DNA of 64,000 nucleotides, taken from an uncultured bacterium (lineage in GTDB: Bacteria; Babelota; Babeliae; Babelales; Vermiphilaceae). Both the position numbers and the translations under genes were made by a program. Where the stretch lies: contig OY969561.1 in NCBI GenBank assembly GCA_963701085.1, positions 192,001 to 256,000 of the forward strand. The letters are read 5' to 3'. Position 1 is the first letter of the stretch; the number at the start of each line of letters is the position of its first letter. The notes beneath the pieces are model-generated. The model ran no database searches. It was not told the DNA's origin and was given only the letters and a program-made list of their open reading frames with translations. Below are positions 1-10,350 of the stretch, one piece after another.

Positions 1-225
1 GTTACCAAAAATGTTCAATCAACTGAGCACTATGAAAAAATAGAACGCCGTGGTGGTGTCAACGATGCTAGTCTGACTGCACAAGCGGAACAGCAAGAGC
101 ACCTTGGTGATTATAATGATGCTCACGTGACATCACAGGAAGAACAGCAAGAGCGCCGCGGTGGGCATGATGATGCTAGCCTAACCGGAAAACTCGAGAA
201 AGAGTCAAGGGCCGCCGCATATTAG
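1..225 (+). CDS. 3' end of a hypothetical protein with ~18-aa internal repeats (partial, window edge)
   Basis: Frame 1 is open from base 1 to TAG at 223-225: ...ERRGGVNDASLTAQAEQQ EHLGDYNDAHVTSQEEQQ ERRGGHDDASLTGK...; the stop overlaps the sbcC stop. Confidence 0.65.
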   Translation, partial: VTKNVQSTEHYEKIERRGGVNDASLTAQAEQQEHLGDYNDAHVTSQEEQQERRGGHDDASLTGKLEKESRAAAY

Positions 226-2933
226 CCTTGCTCGATAATGCTGACCGTGCTGCCTTGTACGCCCTTTTCAATGAAAAATTGTACGGGAAACTGATCTTTC
301 ATTGCCGGTAGATGCGAGACGATGATAATTTTGGAAAAGTCGTCTTGTATTTTGTGGAGCGCATCCATAATGTGTCCAAGTCCCTCTTCATCCTGGGAAC
401 CAAATCCTTCATCAATAATCAATGTCTGCAACGCAGTGCCAGCACGCCGTGCAAGAAGCTTGGAGATGGCTATGCGCAATGCAAAATCAATCCGGAATGC
501 TTCGCCCCCAGAAAAAAGTTCGTACGGTCTGATGCCAACTTGATCGGAAATTTTGATATCCAACGTTTCTTTGGTGCCACCTTTTTTTAAATCACGCAAC
601 GATTCAATAAAAATTTGTGCTTGATTGTTAGTAAGACGAGAGAGTAATAAGTTTGCTTCTTGTTCAATTTCCGGAATAGCATCTTCAATGAGCAATGCTT
701 GAATGCCATCTTTTCCTGTTGCTGTTGCAATAGCTTGATAATCATCAATGATTGCATCAAGTTGCGTAATGTTAATTTGTTCTTGGTGAAACTCTTTTTT
801 TATTTTTGCCAAATGTTTGTGCTGATTTTCGATGCTTCCTTTTGCGTGCAGCAAAAGTTCATTTTTGCTTTTTAGTGTAGCACGTTGAGATTCAAGATCT
901 TTTTCTTTTTCCTGTAACGCATATAATTGTGCGGCGAGATCACCGAGGGCAGCACGTTTAAGCTCTGTTTCACGTGCAGACAGTTTAAGAGCTTTGAGCG
1001 CTGTGCAGAGTTTGTTGATTTCGTTTTTGCGCCCTTCTTGTTGCGCAACATCTTTTTGGAGAGCTTGATGATCAGCAAGTTGCAATTCAATGTGCTTGAG
1101 CTGTTCTTGATCTTTTTTATAATCATTTTCACGGTACACATGGTTAAGTAGCTTTTGTTCCAGAAATTGTTTTTGTTGTGCAAGAGCGCAATAATCTGGG
1201 TTCTCTATTTTTTGTGCATGAGTCAGTTGTTCAGCGATCTGTTTTTGTTTGTCGGTGATGATTTTTGCATGAGCAGCAATCTCTGTTTGGTGGCGCTCAG
1301 ACGTAGTAATCAGTTCTGCAATGTGTTGTGCTGTTTTTGCACGTGTAGACGTTAATTCCGCTATTTTTAGGGTGCCGTTTTCCGCATGTTTAAGCATCTC
1401 TTTGTCTTGAGTAATCTGTGCATGTTGTGCAATGAGTATCTCTTTTAATGCCGGAATAATACGTTTGAGACGGCGTAAACGATGAGCTAAAAATGATTCT
1501 TGTTTTTCAAAATTAACTTTTAAAAATCTTTTGCGTGATGCAGATAAATTTTGTTCGCACAATGGGCAGCTCGGATCATCTTCATGCACTAATTTTTTTT
1601 TGTTAGATAAGCTGGCAAGTTCACTGTTTATCCAATTGCCAAGAGACACAAAATGTTGGTACGCCGCTTTACGTTTTTCAAGATGCGCTTCGGCAAGTGC
1701 TATTGTTTCTGGTTTTTGTACTATGCTTGCGACTGTTTTTTCATGTGCGATGATTTCTGCGGCACGCGTAGCATCATCGGCGTTAAGTTGTTTAATCTGT
1801 TTGTCATTATTGAGTAATACATTTTCATAATTTTTTTGTTCGGCACGTAATCGTTCCAACTCAAGTTGTAGTGCATGGTGTTGTTTGGTGTGCTCATCTT
1901 TGTACTGTTGTTCAATGCTGTTGAGTTGTTGTGTGGTAGTAAGCAGTGCTTGCCGGTGTTCAAGGTTTTCCTGGAACAATTTTTGATGCTGTGCAATGGC
2001 GGCGATTATTTTATTTTTTGTCTGTTCAAGATGGTGAACGCTGTGTAACGATTGTTTTTTCTTGTTTATCAAGCGCCATTGGGTAAATAACTCAATGAGC
2101 TGTTGCTTTTGTGCTGTTGCATGGTTGCTTAATTGCTGTAGTTGGAATGAAAAATTGTGATACTGTTTTTGTTGTTCATCGTAGAGAGCGCGATTTTTTG
2201 CGTGTATAGTTTGTGTAGCATTCAGGTGCTGTTCTGTATCTGCAAGAGTCTGCATCTCTGCATCAAGACGCGCTAATTCTGCATCAAGTGTTTCTTGTGC
2301 GGTCAGTTCTTGTAATTTTTTTTCTTGTAGTGTGGCGAGAACTGTTTTCTTGTTATACGCATCTTTTATTTTTTCCATCGCAAGCTTGCGGATAACTTCA
2401 TACTGATCAAGGCCGAGTATGGTTGCTAATATTTGTTTGCGATCTTTGGGTGATTTTTTTGAAAACTCGTTTGAGCTGCCTTGACGTAAAAATGCTGAAT
2501 TAGAGAATGATTCAAAATCAAGGCGTAATGTTTGCTCAATTTTTTCTTGTGTTGTGCGGATTGTTTTGTCAGTAAGTGGAATTAATGTATCGGTTTCAGT
2601 ATCAACCATACCAAACTCAAGTACGTTAACTGGTTTTCCATATGTTTCCATATATTCGCGACGAATTCTATACTGTTTTCCACCAAATAAAAAATCAAAA
2701 ACAACAAGCATTTGTGTTTGACCTAATCGCAGCAATCCTTGATCAGCTTTTGCTGCACCGGATACTTTGCGCGCTTGTCCCCAGAGGGCCCATGTCATTG
2801 CATCGAGTAACGCTGATTTTCCATGACCATTTTTGCCGGAAAGGCAGATGAGGGAATGGTGTGAGAAATCAATTGTTTGCAGCGTTGGCCCGTAGCTTAA
2901 AAAGTTTTTGATTTGCAGTTTTTGTGGAATCAT
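222..2933 (-). CDS. sbcC: SbcC/Rad50-like SMC-family ATPase
   Basis: Walker A GKNGHGKS, long coiled coil, Zn-hook CPLC, signature FSGGE, Walker B IIDEGFG, H-loop VSH. Confidence 0.9.
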   Translation of the reverse strand: MIPQKLQIKNFLSYGPTLQTIDFSHHSLICLSGKNGHGKSALLDAMTWALWGQARKVSGAAKADQGLLRLGQTQMLVVFDFLFGGKQYRIRREYMETYGKPVNVLEFGMVDTETDTLIPLTDKTIRTTQEKIEQTLRLDFESFSNSAFLRQGSSNEFSKKSPKDRKQILATILGLDQYEVIRKLAMEKIKDAYNKKTVLATLQEKKLQELTAQETLDAELARLDAEMQTLADTEQHLNATQTIHAKNRALYDEQQKQYHNFSFQLQQLSNHATAQKQQLIELFTQWRLINKKKQSLHSVHHLEQTKNKIIAAIAQHQKLFQENLEHRQALLTTTQQLNSIEQQYKDEHTKQHHALQLELERLRAEQKNYENVLLNNDKQIKQLNADDATRAAEIIAHEKTVASIVQKPETIALAEAHLEKRKAAYQHFVSLGNWINSELASLSNKKKLVHEDDPSCPLCEQNLSASRKRFLKVNFEKQESFLAHRLRRLKRIIPALKEILIAQHAQITQDKEMLKHAENGTLKIAELTSTRAKTAQHIAELITTSERHQTEIAAHAKIITDKQKQIAEQLTHAQKIENPDYCALAQQKQFLEQKLLNHVYRENDYKKDQEQLKHIELQLADHQALQKDVAQQEGRKNEINKLCTALKALKLSARETELKRAALGDLAAQLYALQEKEKDLESQRATLKSKNELLLHAKGSIENQHKHLAKIKKEFHQEQINITQLDAIIDDYQAIATATGKDGIQALLIEDAIPEIEQEANLLLSRLTNNQAQIFIESLRDLKKGGTKETLDIKISDQVGIRPYELFSGGEAFRIDFALRIAISKLLARRAGTALQTLIIDEGFGSQDEEGLGHIMDALHKIQDDFSKIIIVSHLPAMKDQFPVQFFIEKGVQGSTVSIIEQG

Positions 2934-3080
2934 AGTAATTGCCTTAATTTTATTATTTGGGATTAGTCTAGCATTAGCTTGTTTTGTTTGATAGACGCAG
3001 AAATTATTATGATTATTTTAATATCAATTTAGTTTATAATATGAGCTATTAAACACATAATATAATGAGGAAATGTAACT

Positions 3081-4022
3081 ATGCATAAGAAGTTTTCGGG
3101 TAATATAATAAAAGTACACATGTTATTGTTCATGATATGTGTGGCGGTGAATATATCATTGCATGGCATGGATGTGAATGATGATCTTGTTATGAGAGAG
3201 ATCGTGGTGCATAATGTTGGTCATGATGCGCATCGCAAGCTTGCAGTGCTGAATACAGCGTATAATAAAATCATAGAAGAGCATTACAGGCCAGATAAAA
3301 AGTGTATTGAAAAATATATACAAGAGAAAGAAGCTGAAACACTGATTTCTATGACTGGTACAAGATCATGGAATAAAAATTTTAATACATGTGCATGGGT
3401 AACCTATGATGTTGATTGCATTGGTTTGAAAGATTTGCAACTTACTTTAGTTGGTATAGTGAATAATAAAGTAGTAGTTACGTCCGCTTTATGGAAAGAT
3501 TTTGTTTTCCCTATTTTTGATGGTAATATCCGTCCATTTTTTGATAAAGAAGAACGAGCTTGTTTTTATGGATTTGGAAGAACTTTAACTTGCCATGGAA
3601 ATTTTTTTACTTCTGCTCAATATTGTATTGATTGTAATGGTAATTCACAGTGTTATTGTTGTTTTTTGGAATGTAATTCAGGATGGAGTGTTCAAGTTCT
3701 TAATATATTATTGCAATATCCTGTATTAGTGAAAGCATTTTTACAATCAAAATTAGTACAAGCAGATTATGGTTGCTCACATCCACACCATTGTGATGGT
3801 AGTAACTATTATCATCTAAATGGAGTAACTCTGCCTGATGATTATAAGACTTTTAAAAAGAGTATGAGATGGGAACAAGTAGAAAGGATGCTGCTGCACG
3901 TACGTGATTATAGTAATTTTACCTCGTATGATTCTTTACCAGATGAGGTAAGAAAAGCCATCGATTATCATTACGAAGAGCAGCAGCGTGGAAAAAATAG
4001 TCAAACCTCACAGGAAAAATAA
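3081..4022 (+). CDS. Secreted hypothetical protein, tandem paralogue 1 of 4 (degenerate F-box-like N-terminus)
   Basis: Hydrophobic N-terminus ending LHGM; shares HRxLAxxN, SWNKxFxxCAWVT, PFFD, PxLxKAFL, YxEQQ motifs with the next three ORFs. Confidence 0.8.
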   Translation: MHKKFSGNIIKVHMLLFMICVAVNISLHGMDVNDDLVMREIVVHNVGHDAHRKLAVLNTAYNKIIEEHYRPDKKCIEKYIQEKEAETLISMTGTRSWNKNFNTCAWVTYDVDCIGLKDLQLTLVGIVNNKVVVTSALWKDFVFPIFDGNIRPFFDKEERACFYGFGRTLTCHGNFFTSAQYCIDCNGNSQCYCCFLECNSGWSVQVLNILLQYPVLVKAFLQSKLVQADYGCSHPHHCDGSNYYHLNGVTLPDDYKTFKKSMRWEQVERMLLHVRDYSNFTSYDSLPDEVRKAIDYHYEEQQRGKNSQTSQEK

Positions 4023-4024
4023 AT

Positions 4025-4942
4025 ATGCATAAATTAAGATTGCAACTGTTATTATTTTTTATATGCAGCGTGAAATGCTCATTGTTGCATGGCATGTTGA
4101 GTGTGGAAAGTGCGGAAAATAAATATGTTCTATGGAGTACTATAATTACTAGTTTGCCTCGTGACGCTTATGATACGCATCGCACGCTTGCACTGGTGAA
4201 TAAAGAGTATAATAAAATCATAGAAGAGCGTTATAGGCCAGATAAAAAACGTATTGAAAAGTTGATGTTGCAAAGAGGCACTCCGATTCTTCCGGGGCAA
4301 GTTTCGTGGAATAAAGATTTTAGTAAATGTGCATGGGTAACTATTGGAAAGACTTGTCTCTATAATAGACAAAAATTAAAACTTACATTGGTGGGATTGG
4401 ATAGGAACAGAGATATAATTATCGTAAATGGCAAATGTGGTGGGTATAAGTCCCCGGTTATAGATGATCAGACTTGTCCATTTTTTGATACAGAAGGCGG
4501 CATTTTTTGCTATGGCATTGGAGATATTAAGAGTTCATTTAATAATGGTTATAATAGTAGTTATAACAATGCTGTTATTGAGTATTCATTGAGCTTTGAT
4601 GGTGAGATAAAAAATAAGAGATGTGTTTTAAATGTCGGGAATTGTCTCTGTGGACTGGAAAATGGGTTGGTAATTAATTTTCCTGTATTGTTAAAGGCTT
4701 TTTTGAGATCAACAGAGGTGTATGAGTCTTCTATTACAACATATGGAATAGCTGGAAACTGCTATTATATGATAAATCACGTGGTTATTCCTGAAGATTA
4801 TAAGACTTTTAAAAAGCATGCATTTTTTGATTCTGGACATCTATCATATGATGATTTACCAAAGATGCTCAGAGATGCTATTGATAAGCAGTATGAAGAG
4901 CAGCAGCGTGAAAAAAATAGTCAAATCTCACAGGAAAAATAA
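4025..4942 (+). CDS. Secreted hypothetical protein, tandem paralogue 2 of 4
   Basis: Signal-like N-terminus ending LHGM; same family motifs; 2-nt gap from previous stop. Confidence 0.8.
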   Translation: MHKLRLQLLLFFICSVKCSLLHGMLSVESAENKYVLWSTIITSLPRDAYDTHRTLALVNKEYNKIIEERYRPDKKRIEKLMLQRGTPILPGQVSWNKDFSKCAWVTIGKTCLYNRQKLKLTLVGLDRNRDIIIVNGKCGGYKSPVIDDQTCPFFDTEGGIFCYGIGDIKSSFNNGYNSSYNNAVIEYSLSFDGEIKNKRCVLNVGNCLCGLENGLVINFPVLLKAFLRSTEVYESSITTYGIAGNCYYMINHVVIPEDYKTFKKHAFFDSGHLSYDDLPKMLRDAIDKQYEEQQREKNSQISQEK

Positions 4943-4944
4943 AT

Positions 4945-5859
4945 ATGCATAAATTAAGATTACAACTGTTTTTATTTTTTATATGCAGCGTGAAATGCTC
5001 ATTGTTGCATGGCATGTTGAGTGTGGAAAGTGCGGAAAATAAATATGTTCTATGGAGTACTATAATTACTAATTTGCCTCGTGATGCTTATGATACGCAT
5101 CGCACGCTTGCACTGGTGAATAAAGCGCATAATAAAATCATAGAAGAGCATCACAGGCAAGATAAAAAGTGTATTGAAAAGTTGATGTTGCAAAGGGGCA
5201 CTCTGATTATTCCGGAGCAAGTTTGGTGGAATAAAGATTTTAGTAAATGTGCATGGGTAACTACTATTGAACCAAAATGGAATGTACTTGATCCCAAAAA
5301 ATTGGAACTTACATTGGTGGGATTGGATACAAATAAGGATATAATCATCAGAAAAGGCATGTATGGCGGGTATAAGTTTCCGGTTATAGATGATCAGATT
5401 TGTCCATTTTTTGATAAAGAGGGGGGAATTTTTTGCTATGGTATTGGAGATATTAAGAGTATATTTGGTTATAACAATGATGTTATTGAATATTCATTGA
5501 ACTTTGCTGGTAAGATAGAAAATAAGATATGTTCTATTGAGATACCTCATACAGTAAACGGGGTGTATGATGGGTTTAATCCTCTTTGTCTGATGCAATT
5601 CCCTATATTGTTGAAGGTTTTTTTGCTTTCAACACAGTTGCGAAAACCTGTTGGGAGTAGAACTGGTTACAAATCTTATATGATAGATGGTCTTATTATT
5701 CCAGAAAATTATAAAATTTTTAAAAAGCATGCACTGTGGGGTGATAGGGCTGTGCAATCATCATATGATGATTTACCATATACGCTCAGAGGTCCTATTG
5801 ATAAGCAGTATGCAGAGCAGCAGCGTGAAAAAAATAATCAAACCTCACTGGAAAAATAA
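4945..5859 (+). CDS. Secreted hypothetical protein, tandem paralogue 3 of 4
   Basis: First ~105 codons nearly identical to paralogues 2 and 4. Confidence 0.8.
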   Translation: MHKLRLQLFLFFICSVKCSLLHGMLSVESAENKYVLWSTIITNLPRDAYDTHRTLALVNKAHNKIIEEHHRQDKKCIEKLMLQRGTLIIPEQVWWNKDFSKCAWVTTIEPKWNVLDPKKLELTLVGLDTNKDIIIRKGMYGGYKFPVIDDQICPFFDKEGGIFCYGIGDIKSIFGYNNDVIEYSLNFAGKIENKICSIEIPHTVNGVYDGFNPLCLMQFPILLKVFLLSTQLRKPVGSRTGYKSYMIDGLIIPENYKIFKKHALWGDRAVQSSYDDLPYTLRGPIDKQYAEQQREKNNQTSLEK

Positions 5860-5861
5860 AT

Positions 5862-6845
5862 ATGCATAAATTAAGAATGCCGTTGTTATTTTTTATATGC
5901 AGCGTGAAATGCTCATTGCTGCATGGCATGTTGAGTGTGGAAAATGCGGACAATAAATATATTCTATGGAATTTTATAATTACTAGTTTGCCCCGTGATG
6001 CTTATGATACGCATCGCACGCTTGCACTGGTGAATAAAGCGCATAATAAAATCATAGAAGAGCATTACAGGCCAGATAAAAAACGTATTGAAAAGTTGAT
6101 GTTGCAAAAAGGCACTCCGATTATTCCGGGGCAAGTTTCGTGGAATAAAGATTTTAGTAAATGTGCATGGGTAACTATTGGAACTGTTCCAAAAGACAAG
6201 AATGAATGGTATTTGCCTGAGAGGAAAAGTTTGCGCTTGTCATTAGTAGGGTTGTGCGATGATGGTAACATAATTGAGCAATATCTAATACGTAATGGTT
6301 TTTATTTTCCTGCTATTGAAGGGAATATGCGTCCATTTTTTGATGAATATGGGAACGCTTTTTTTCATTCTTATGCTGATGTATTGATTGGGTCAAATTA
6401 CTGTAAAGAGATGACTAAAAGTATCATCAAATTTACTATTTCTATTAAGGGTGGAACTTCGACCAGTCGATGTTTTATTCAGTTGGGAGAAAATGATTAT
6501 ACGGGCTATGATTTTTATTATATTTTAAATTTTCCTGTTTTGTTAAAAGCATTGTTGCAATCAAAGAAGGTGGCAACTCATGGTAGAATGCTTGAGGATG
6601 GTGGTGATGATGCAGCACAGTACTATGATATAAGTGGTGCAATTATTCCTAAAAATTATAAAATGTATAAAGAGCGTCCTTTTTTTAAAGATGATGAGGG
6701 TGCTCGCGCAAGGTACATTGATACATTATGTGACCATAACATTTGTAGGCTTGACTACATAGGATTGCCAGAGAAATTGAGGAAAGCTATTGATAAGAAG
6801 TATGCAGAGCAGCAGTGTGAAAAGATGATAGTAGAAGAAAAATAA
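5862..6845 (+). CDS. Secreted hypothetical protein, tandem paralogue 4 of 4
   Basis: Same N-terminus and C-terminal AIDKxYxEQQ motif. Confidence 0.8.
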   Translation: MHKLRMPLLFFICSVKCSLLHGMLSVENADNKYILWNFIITSLPRDAYDTHRTLALVNKAHNKIIEEHYRPDKKRIEKLMLQKGTPIIPGQVSWNKDFSKCAWVTIGTVPKDKNEWYLPERKSLRLSLVGLCDDGNIIEQYLIRNGFYFPAIEGNMRPFFDEYGNAFFHSYADVLIGSNYCKEMTKSIIKFTISIKGGTSTSRCFIQLGENDYTGYDFYYILNFPVLLKALLQSKKVATHGRMLEDGGDDAAQYYDISGAIIPKNYKMYKERPFFKDDEGARARYIDTLCDHNICRLDYIGLPEKLRKAIDKKYAEQQCEKMIVEEK

Positions 6846-7008
6846 GAAGTTATTATTTAAATTTAATTTTTATACATAGAGAGCCGTGAAGATGATTAGA
6901 AAATGATTATCTTTGCGGCTTTATTTTTTTGTGCACCATTTGTCAGAATGATGAGCAAGCGGTATAGTGAAAATAAAGATATAATGCATATCATGGAGAA
7001 AAACAAAA

Positions 7009-8412
7009 ATGATGAAAGAAACAATATTTCGTGAATATGATATTCGCGGTTTAGTGAATGATGAATTGATAATTGATGCTGTATATGATCTTGGACGGGC
7101 AATAGCTTTTTATTTAAAGCAACTTAATAATAACGTAAAAACCGTTGTTGTGGGAATGGATGGCAGAGATAGTTCACCTGCAATAAAGGAGCATATGTGC
7201 CGTGCATTAATTGATAGTGGTATGGATGTGATTTTTGTTGGTGTATGTTCATCGCCGATGATTTATTTTGCAACATATACCATGCCGATTGATGCGGCAG
7301 TGATGATTACCGCATCTCATAACCCCAAAGAATATAATGGTCTTAAAGTGTGTTTAGGGACACATTCTTTATGGGGTGCTCAAATTAAAGAATTAGGAAA
7401 ATTATATTTTGCAAAAAAACATCTTACAATAACTACTTCTGGCACATATCGTGAGCATGCAATAAAAGATGCATATATTGCATGGCATGCAGAAAAATTT
7501 GCACATCTTAAAGGTGCTGATATTGCCGCGATTATTGATTGTGGTAATGGCGCAGCGGGCGTAGTGCTACCAGATATTATACAAACAATGCAGTGGAAAA
7601 ATATTCAATTATTATGTGCGGAAGTTGATGGCACCTTTCCAAATCATGAAGCAGATCCAACGCATATTAAAAATATGCAAGATGTGTTACATGCGTTACA
7701 AACAACAGATGCCGTAGTTGGTATTGGTTTTGATGGGGATGCTGATCGCATGGGTGCGATGACCAAAGAAGGTGAATTAGTACCCGGTGATAAATTAATT
7801 GCGTTATTTGCGCAACCAATGATTAAAGAATATCCTGCAATGACCGTTGTGTGTAACGTGATGTGTTCTGCTGGTTTGACTGAACTGTTGGAACAATGGG
7901 GTGCAAAAACGGTGGTAACACCGGTGGGACATTCCATTATTGAAGAAAATATGGAAACGCATAATGCAATGCTTGGTGGCGAAACAAGTTGCCATTTCTT
8001 TTTTAGGGATCGTCATTTTGGGTATGATGATGGTGTGTATGCAATGTTTAGATTGATTGAATTGTTGGTGCAATCAAAAAAGAACTTGTCAGAACTGTTG
8101 ACCGTGTTTCCTAAAAAAGTCAGTTCACCAGAGTTTCGTGTTCCTTGTGCTGAAGAAAAAAAACATACCATGGTGCAAGAAATGAAGTCTTTATTTTCCC
8201 AACAGAAAAATGTAAAGATACTCGCAATTGATGGTGTGCGTGTTACCACAGATTATGGATGGGGAATTATCCGTGCATCAAATACGCAGCCAATGCTTTC
8301 TATCAGGTTTGAGGCTAATACACCGGAAGATTTGCAGCATGTAAAAGAAGATTTTATTGCGGTCATGGCCCATTATTTTGATGAAAAATATTTACGTGAA
8401 CAGTTAAAATGA
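7009..8412 (+). CDS. Phosphomannomutase/phosphoglucomutase (AlgC-like)
   Basis: IFREYDIRG, phosphoserine loop TASHNP, metal loop DGDADR, GETSCH, RASNTQP. Confidence 0.93.
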   Translation: MMKETIFREYDIRGLVNDELIIDAVYDLGRAIAFYLKQLNNNVKTVVVGMDGRDSSPAIKEHMCRALIDSGMDVIFVGVCSSPMIYFATYTMPIDAAVMITASHNPKEYNGLKVCLGTHSLWGAQIKELGKLYFAKKHLTITTSGTYREHAIKDAYIAWHAEKFAHLKGADIAAIIDCGNGAAGVVLPDIIQTMQWKNIQLLCAEVDGTFPNHEADPTHIKNMQDVLHALQTTDAVVGIGFDGDADRMGAMTKEGELVPGDKLIALFAQPMIKEYPAMTVVCNVMCSAGLTELLEQWGAKTVVTPVGHSIIEENMETHNAMLGGETSCHFFFRDRHFGYDDGVYAMFRLIELLVQSKKNLSELLTVFPKKVSSPEFRVPCAEEKKHTMVQEMKSLFSQQKNVKILAIDGVRVTTDYGWGIIRASNTQPMLSIRFEANTPEDLQHVKEDFIAVMAHYFDEKYLREQLK

Positions 8413-8417
8413 AAAAC

Positions 8418-8575
8418 CCTTCGATACATTTTACTTCGTTTCACTCTGTAAAACACTCAGGGCGAGCGGAAGAAAGAATAATTTGTATCTCCCACCGCTC
8501 GTTTGACCCCATCTTCAGTTTCTTTCGATGGGGACCCCGATTGGAATGAAATGGAAATTGGGGAAAAAGGATGCG
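8418..8575. repeat. Composite family-A palindromic repeat locus (arm with enlarged inner hairpin plus arm carrying a CCCCATC/GATGGGG insert)
   Basis: CCCTTCGATAC...ACTCAGGGCGAGCGG matches 14072-14115; CCCCATCTTCAGTT...GATGGGGACCCCGATTGGAA matches 27581-27620. Confidence 0.75.
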
Positions 8576-8602
8576 AAGTTTAGGGTGAGTGAAAGAAATA
8601 TC

Positions 8603-9430
8603 ATGGATAAAAATCGAATCGGCGCACATATTCGTATACGTTCATCATTGCGTGAATTATTAGAAAGGGCAGATGCTTTGGATCTGCCTTTTTTTCAATG
8701 TTTTTTTGTGCCTCAAGAAACAGGAAAATTAATTCAGTTCAGCGATGCAGATGTAAACGACTTTTTAAAAGTGCGCCGTGCGAGGTTTAATGATCTCTAT
8801 TGCCATGCATCGTATTGGGTAAATTTAGCAAGCTTGGGCAATAACGGTTTTCCGCAATTACGACGTGAAGTAATTCTTGCCAAGCGGCTTGAGTTTACAC
8901 ATCTTGTGTTGCACGCAGGGACTGCAAAAGGAGCAGTGCATAAAAGTGAGGGGATTGATGCATTGGCAGTGGCACTCAATAATCTTTTTAAACAAGAGCG
9001 TGATATTACGGTATTGTTGGAAAATACATGTCATACAAATTTGGCAATTGGTAGTGACATTCTTGATTTGCAACAGTTGCTTGAAAAAATTGATTGTCCG
9101 GAACGCATTGGTTTTTGTATTGATACTGCACATGCCTATTCATTTGGCTATGATATTGTTAGCGCTAAAGGTCAATCTTCTTTTATGAGTTTATTAGAGA
9201 CAGCGCTTGGCATTGAACGTATTAAACTTATTCATTTGAATGACACAACAGAAAAATTGGGTTCTTTTATTGATCGTCATAGCATTGTTGGTCAAGGCAA
9301 TATTGGTGAAGGGGCGCTTAAAAGATTTGCCATGCATCCACAATTACAACATATACCATTGCTGATTGAATCTCCTGAGTTGTCTGTAGAAGAGGAATTA
9401 GTGGTTTTGAACAAAATTCGAGAGTGGTAA
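8603..9430 (+). CDS. nfo: Endonuclease IV (AP endonuclease)
   Basis: IGAH, HASYWVNL, LHAG, LLEN, CIDTAH, IHLND, DRH Zn-ligand motifs; start moved to ATG 8603 because the upstream extension is repeat-derived. Confidence 0.9.
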   Translation: MDKNRIGAHIRIRSSLRELLERADALDLPFFQCFFVPQETGKLIQFSDADVNDFLKVRRARFNDLYCHASYWVNLASLGNNGFPQLRREVILAKRLEFTHLVLHAGTAKGAVHKSEGIDALAVALNNLFKQERDITVLLENTCHTNLAIGSDILDLQQLLEKIDCPERIGFCIDTAHAYSFGYDIVSAKGQSSFMSLLETALGIERIKLIHLNDTTEKLGSFIDRHSIVGQGNIGEGALKRFAMHPQLQHIPLLIESPELSVEEELVVLNKIREW

Positions 9431-10237
9431 ATTATTGTATGAGTTAAGCAATCCACCACCACAGCCTCGTGTTGTATTGGAGCAGTCTATTATCGCGAAT
9501 GCCACAACCGTGAAAAATCCAGCTATTGTTGCGAGTGCAATTGGCATAGCACATGCATAACGTGCAATACGCCATCCCATACGGATTCTTTTTTTGCATA
9601 ATTTTTCATAATATTCTTCAAGCAGAGGATTATTTGGATCATTTTCAGTAAGTTTATGTATCATCCTATCGTTATCTTGATGGAGCGCTTCTTCCAATAA
9701 GGGGTTGAGATAGTGTTTTTGTATGTATTCTTGTTCTGGTTCAAGAGTAATGAACATGGCATCTTCAGGAGTAATACAGACAACATCTTCTGGCATAAAA
9801 TTATATGTTTTTGCTTTTTGTTCTGCATATTTAATTATTGTTGTTATGAGATGAGGCTTACTTGTTTTAATGAGGGTTGTAAAGAATGCCGCTTTTTCTT
9901 TTTCATCACCAATAATAAAATCATGGATGATAAATTTATTAAGACGATTAATTGAAGTTAAAAATGCCAATTGTGTACAGACTTCTTTAAGGTTTTTACG
10001 TGTGTTGTGAGGACAGTAAGCGATTATTTTATCAAGAACATCATTTGGTAAAATTTGATTTCTGTAGTGAATTTTATGATGTGAGAAAGGTTGATAGTGA
10101 GATTGATTATTGAAAAATAATGTTTGGCCCATCGCAATTGCTAGAAAATGTTGCGAGAGAGTAGCATCCATAGCATGCGTTTGAAAAGTGGCACTTGTTA
10201 TGCTGAAGATAATGATAGATAAGACGTGTATTTTCAT
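9398..10237 (-). CDS. Secreted F-box-like protein with C-terminal transmembrane helix
   Basis: Signal peptide ending THAM; LPNDVLDKIIAYC...LKEVC matches the F-box pattern; hydrophobic segment near the C-terminus. Confidence 0.65.
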   Translation of the reverse strand: MKIHVLSIIIFSITSATFQTHAMDATLSQHFLAIAMGQTLFFNNQSHYQPFSHHKIHYRNQILPNDVLDKIIAYCPHNTRKNLKEVCTQLAFLTSINRLNKFIIHDFIIGDEKEKAAFFTTLIKTSKPHLITTIIKYAEQKAKTYNFMPEDVVCITPEDAMFITLEPEQEYIQKHYLNPLLEEALHQDNDRMIHKLTENDPNNPLLEEYYEKLCKKRIRMGWRIARYACAMPIALATIAGFFTVVAFAIIDCSNTTRGCGGGLLNSYNNLPLSNFVQNH

Positions 10238-10350
10238 TAAAATCCTGTTTCCATATATTGCTATTACATTGCCGTTTATATACATAATTGATGTGTAATA
10301 TTATAGTGGATTGTAAAAAAAGTAATAGAATAACAGTAATAAGGAGCTTG

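Noticed and set aside
222-2933. SMC protein as part of a Wadjet/Lamassu-type defence system
   Set aside because: The Zn-hook SbcC architecture and lack of partner genes point to ordinary repair; sbcD is probably elsewhere.
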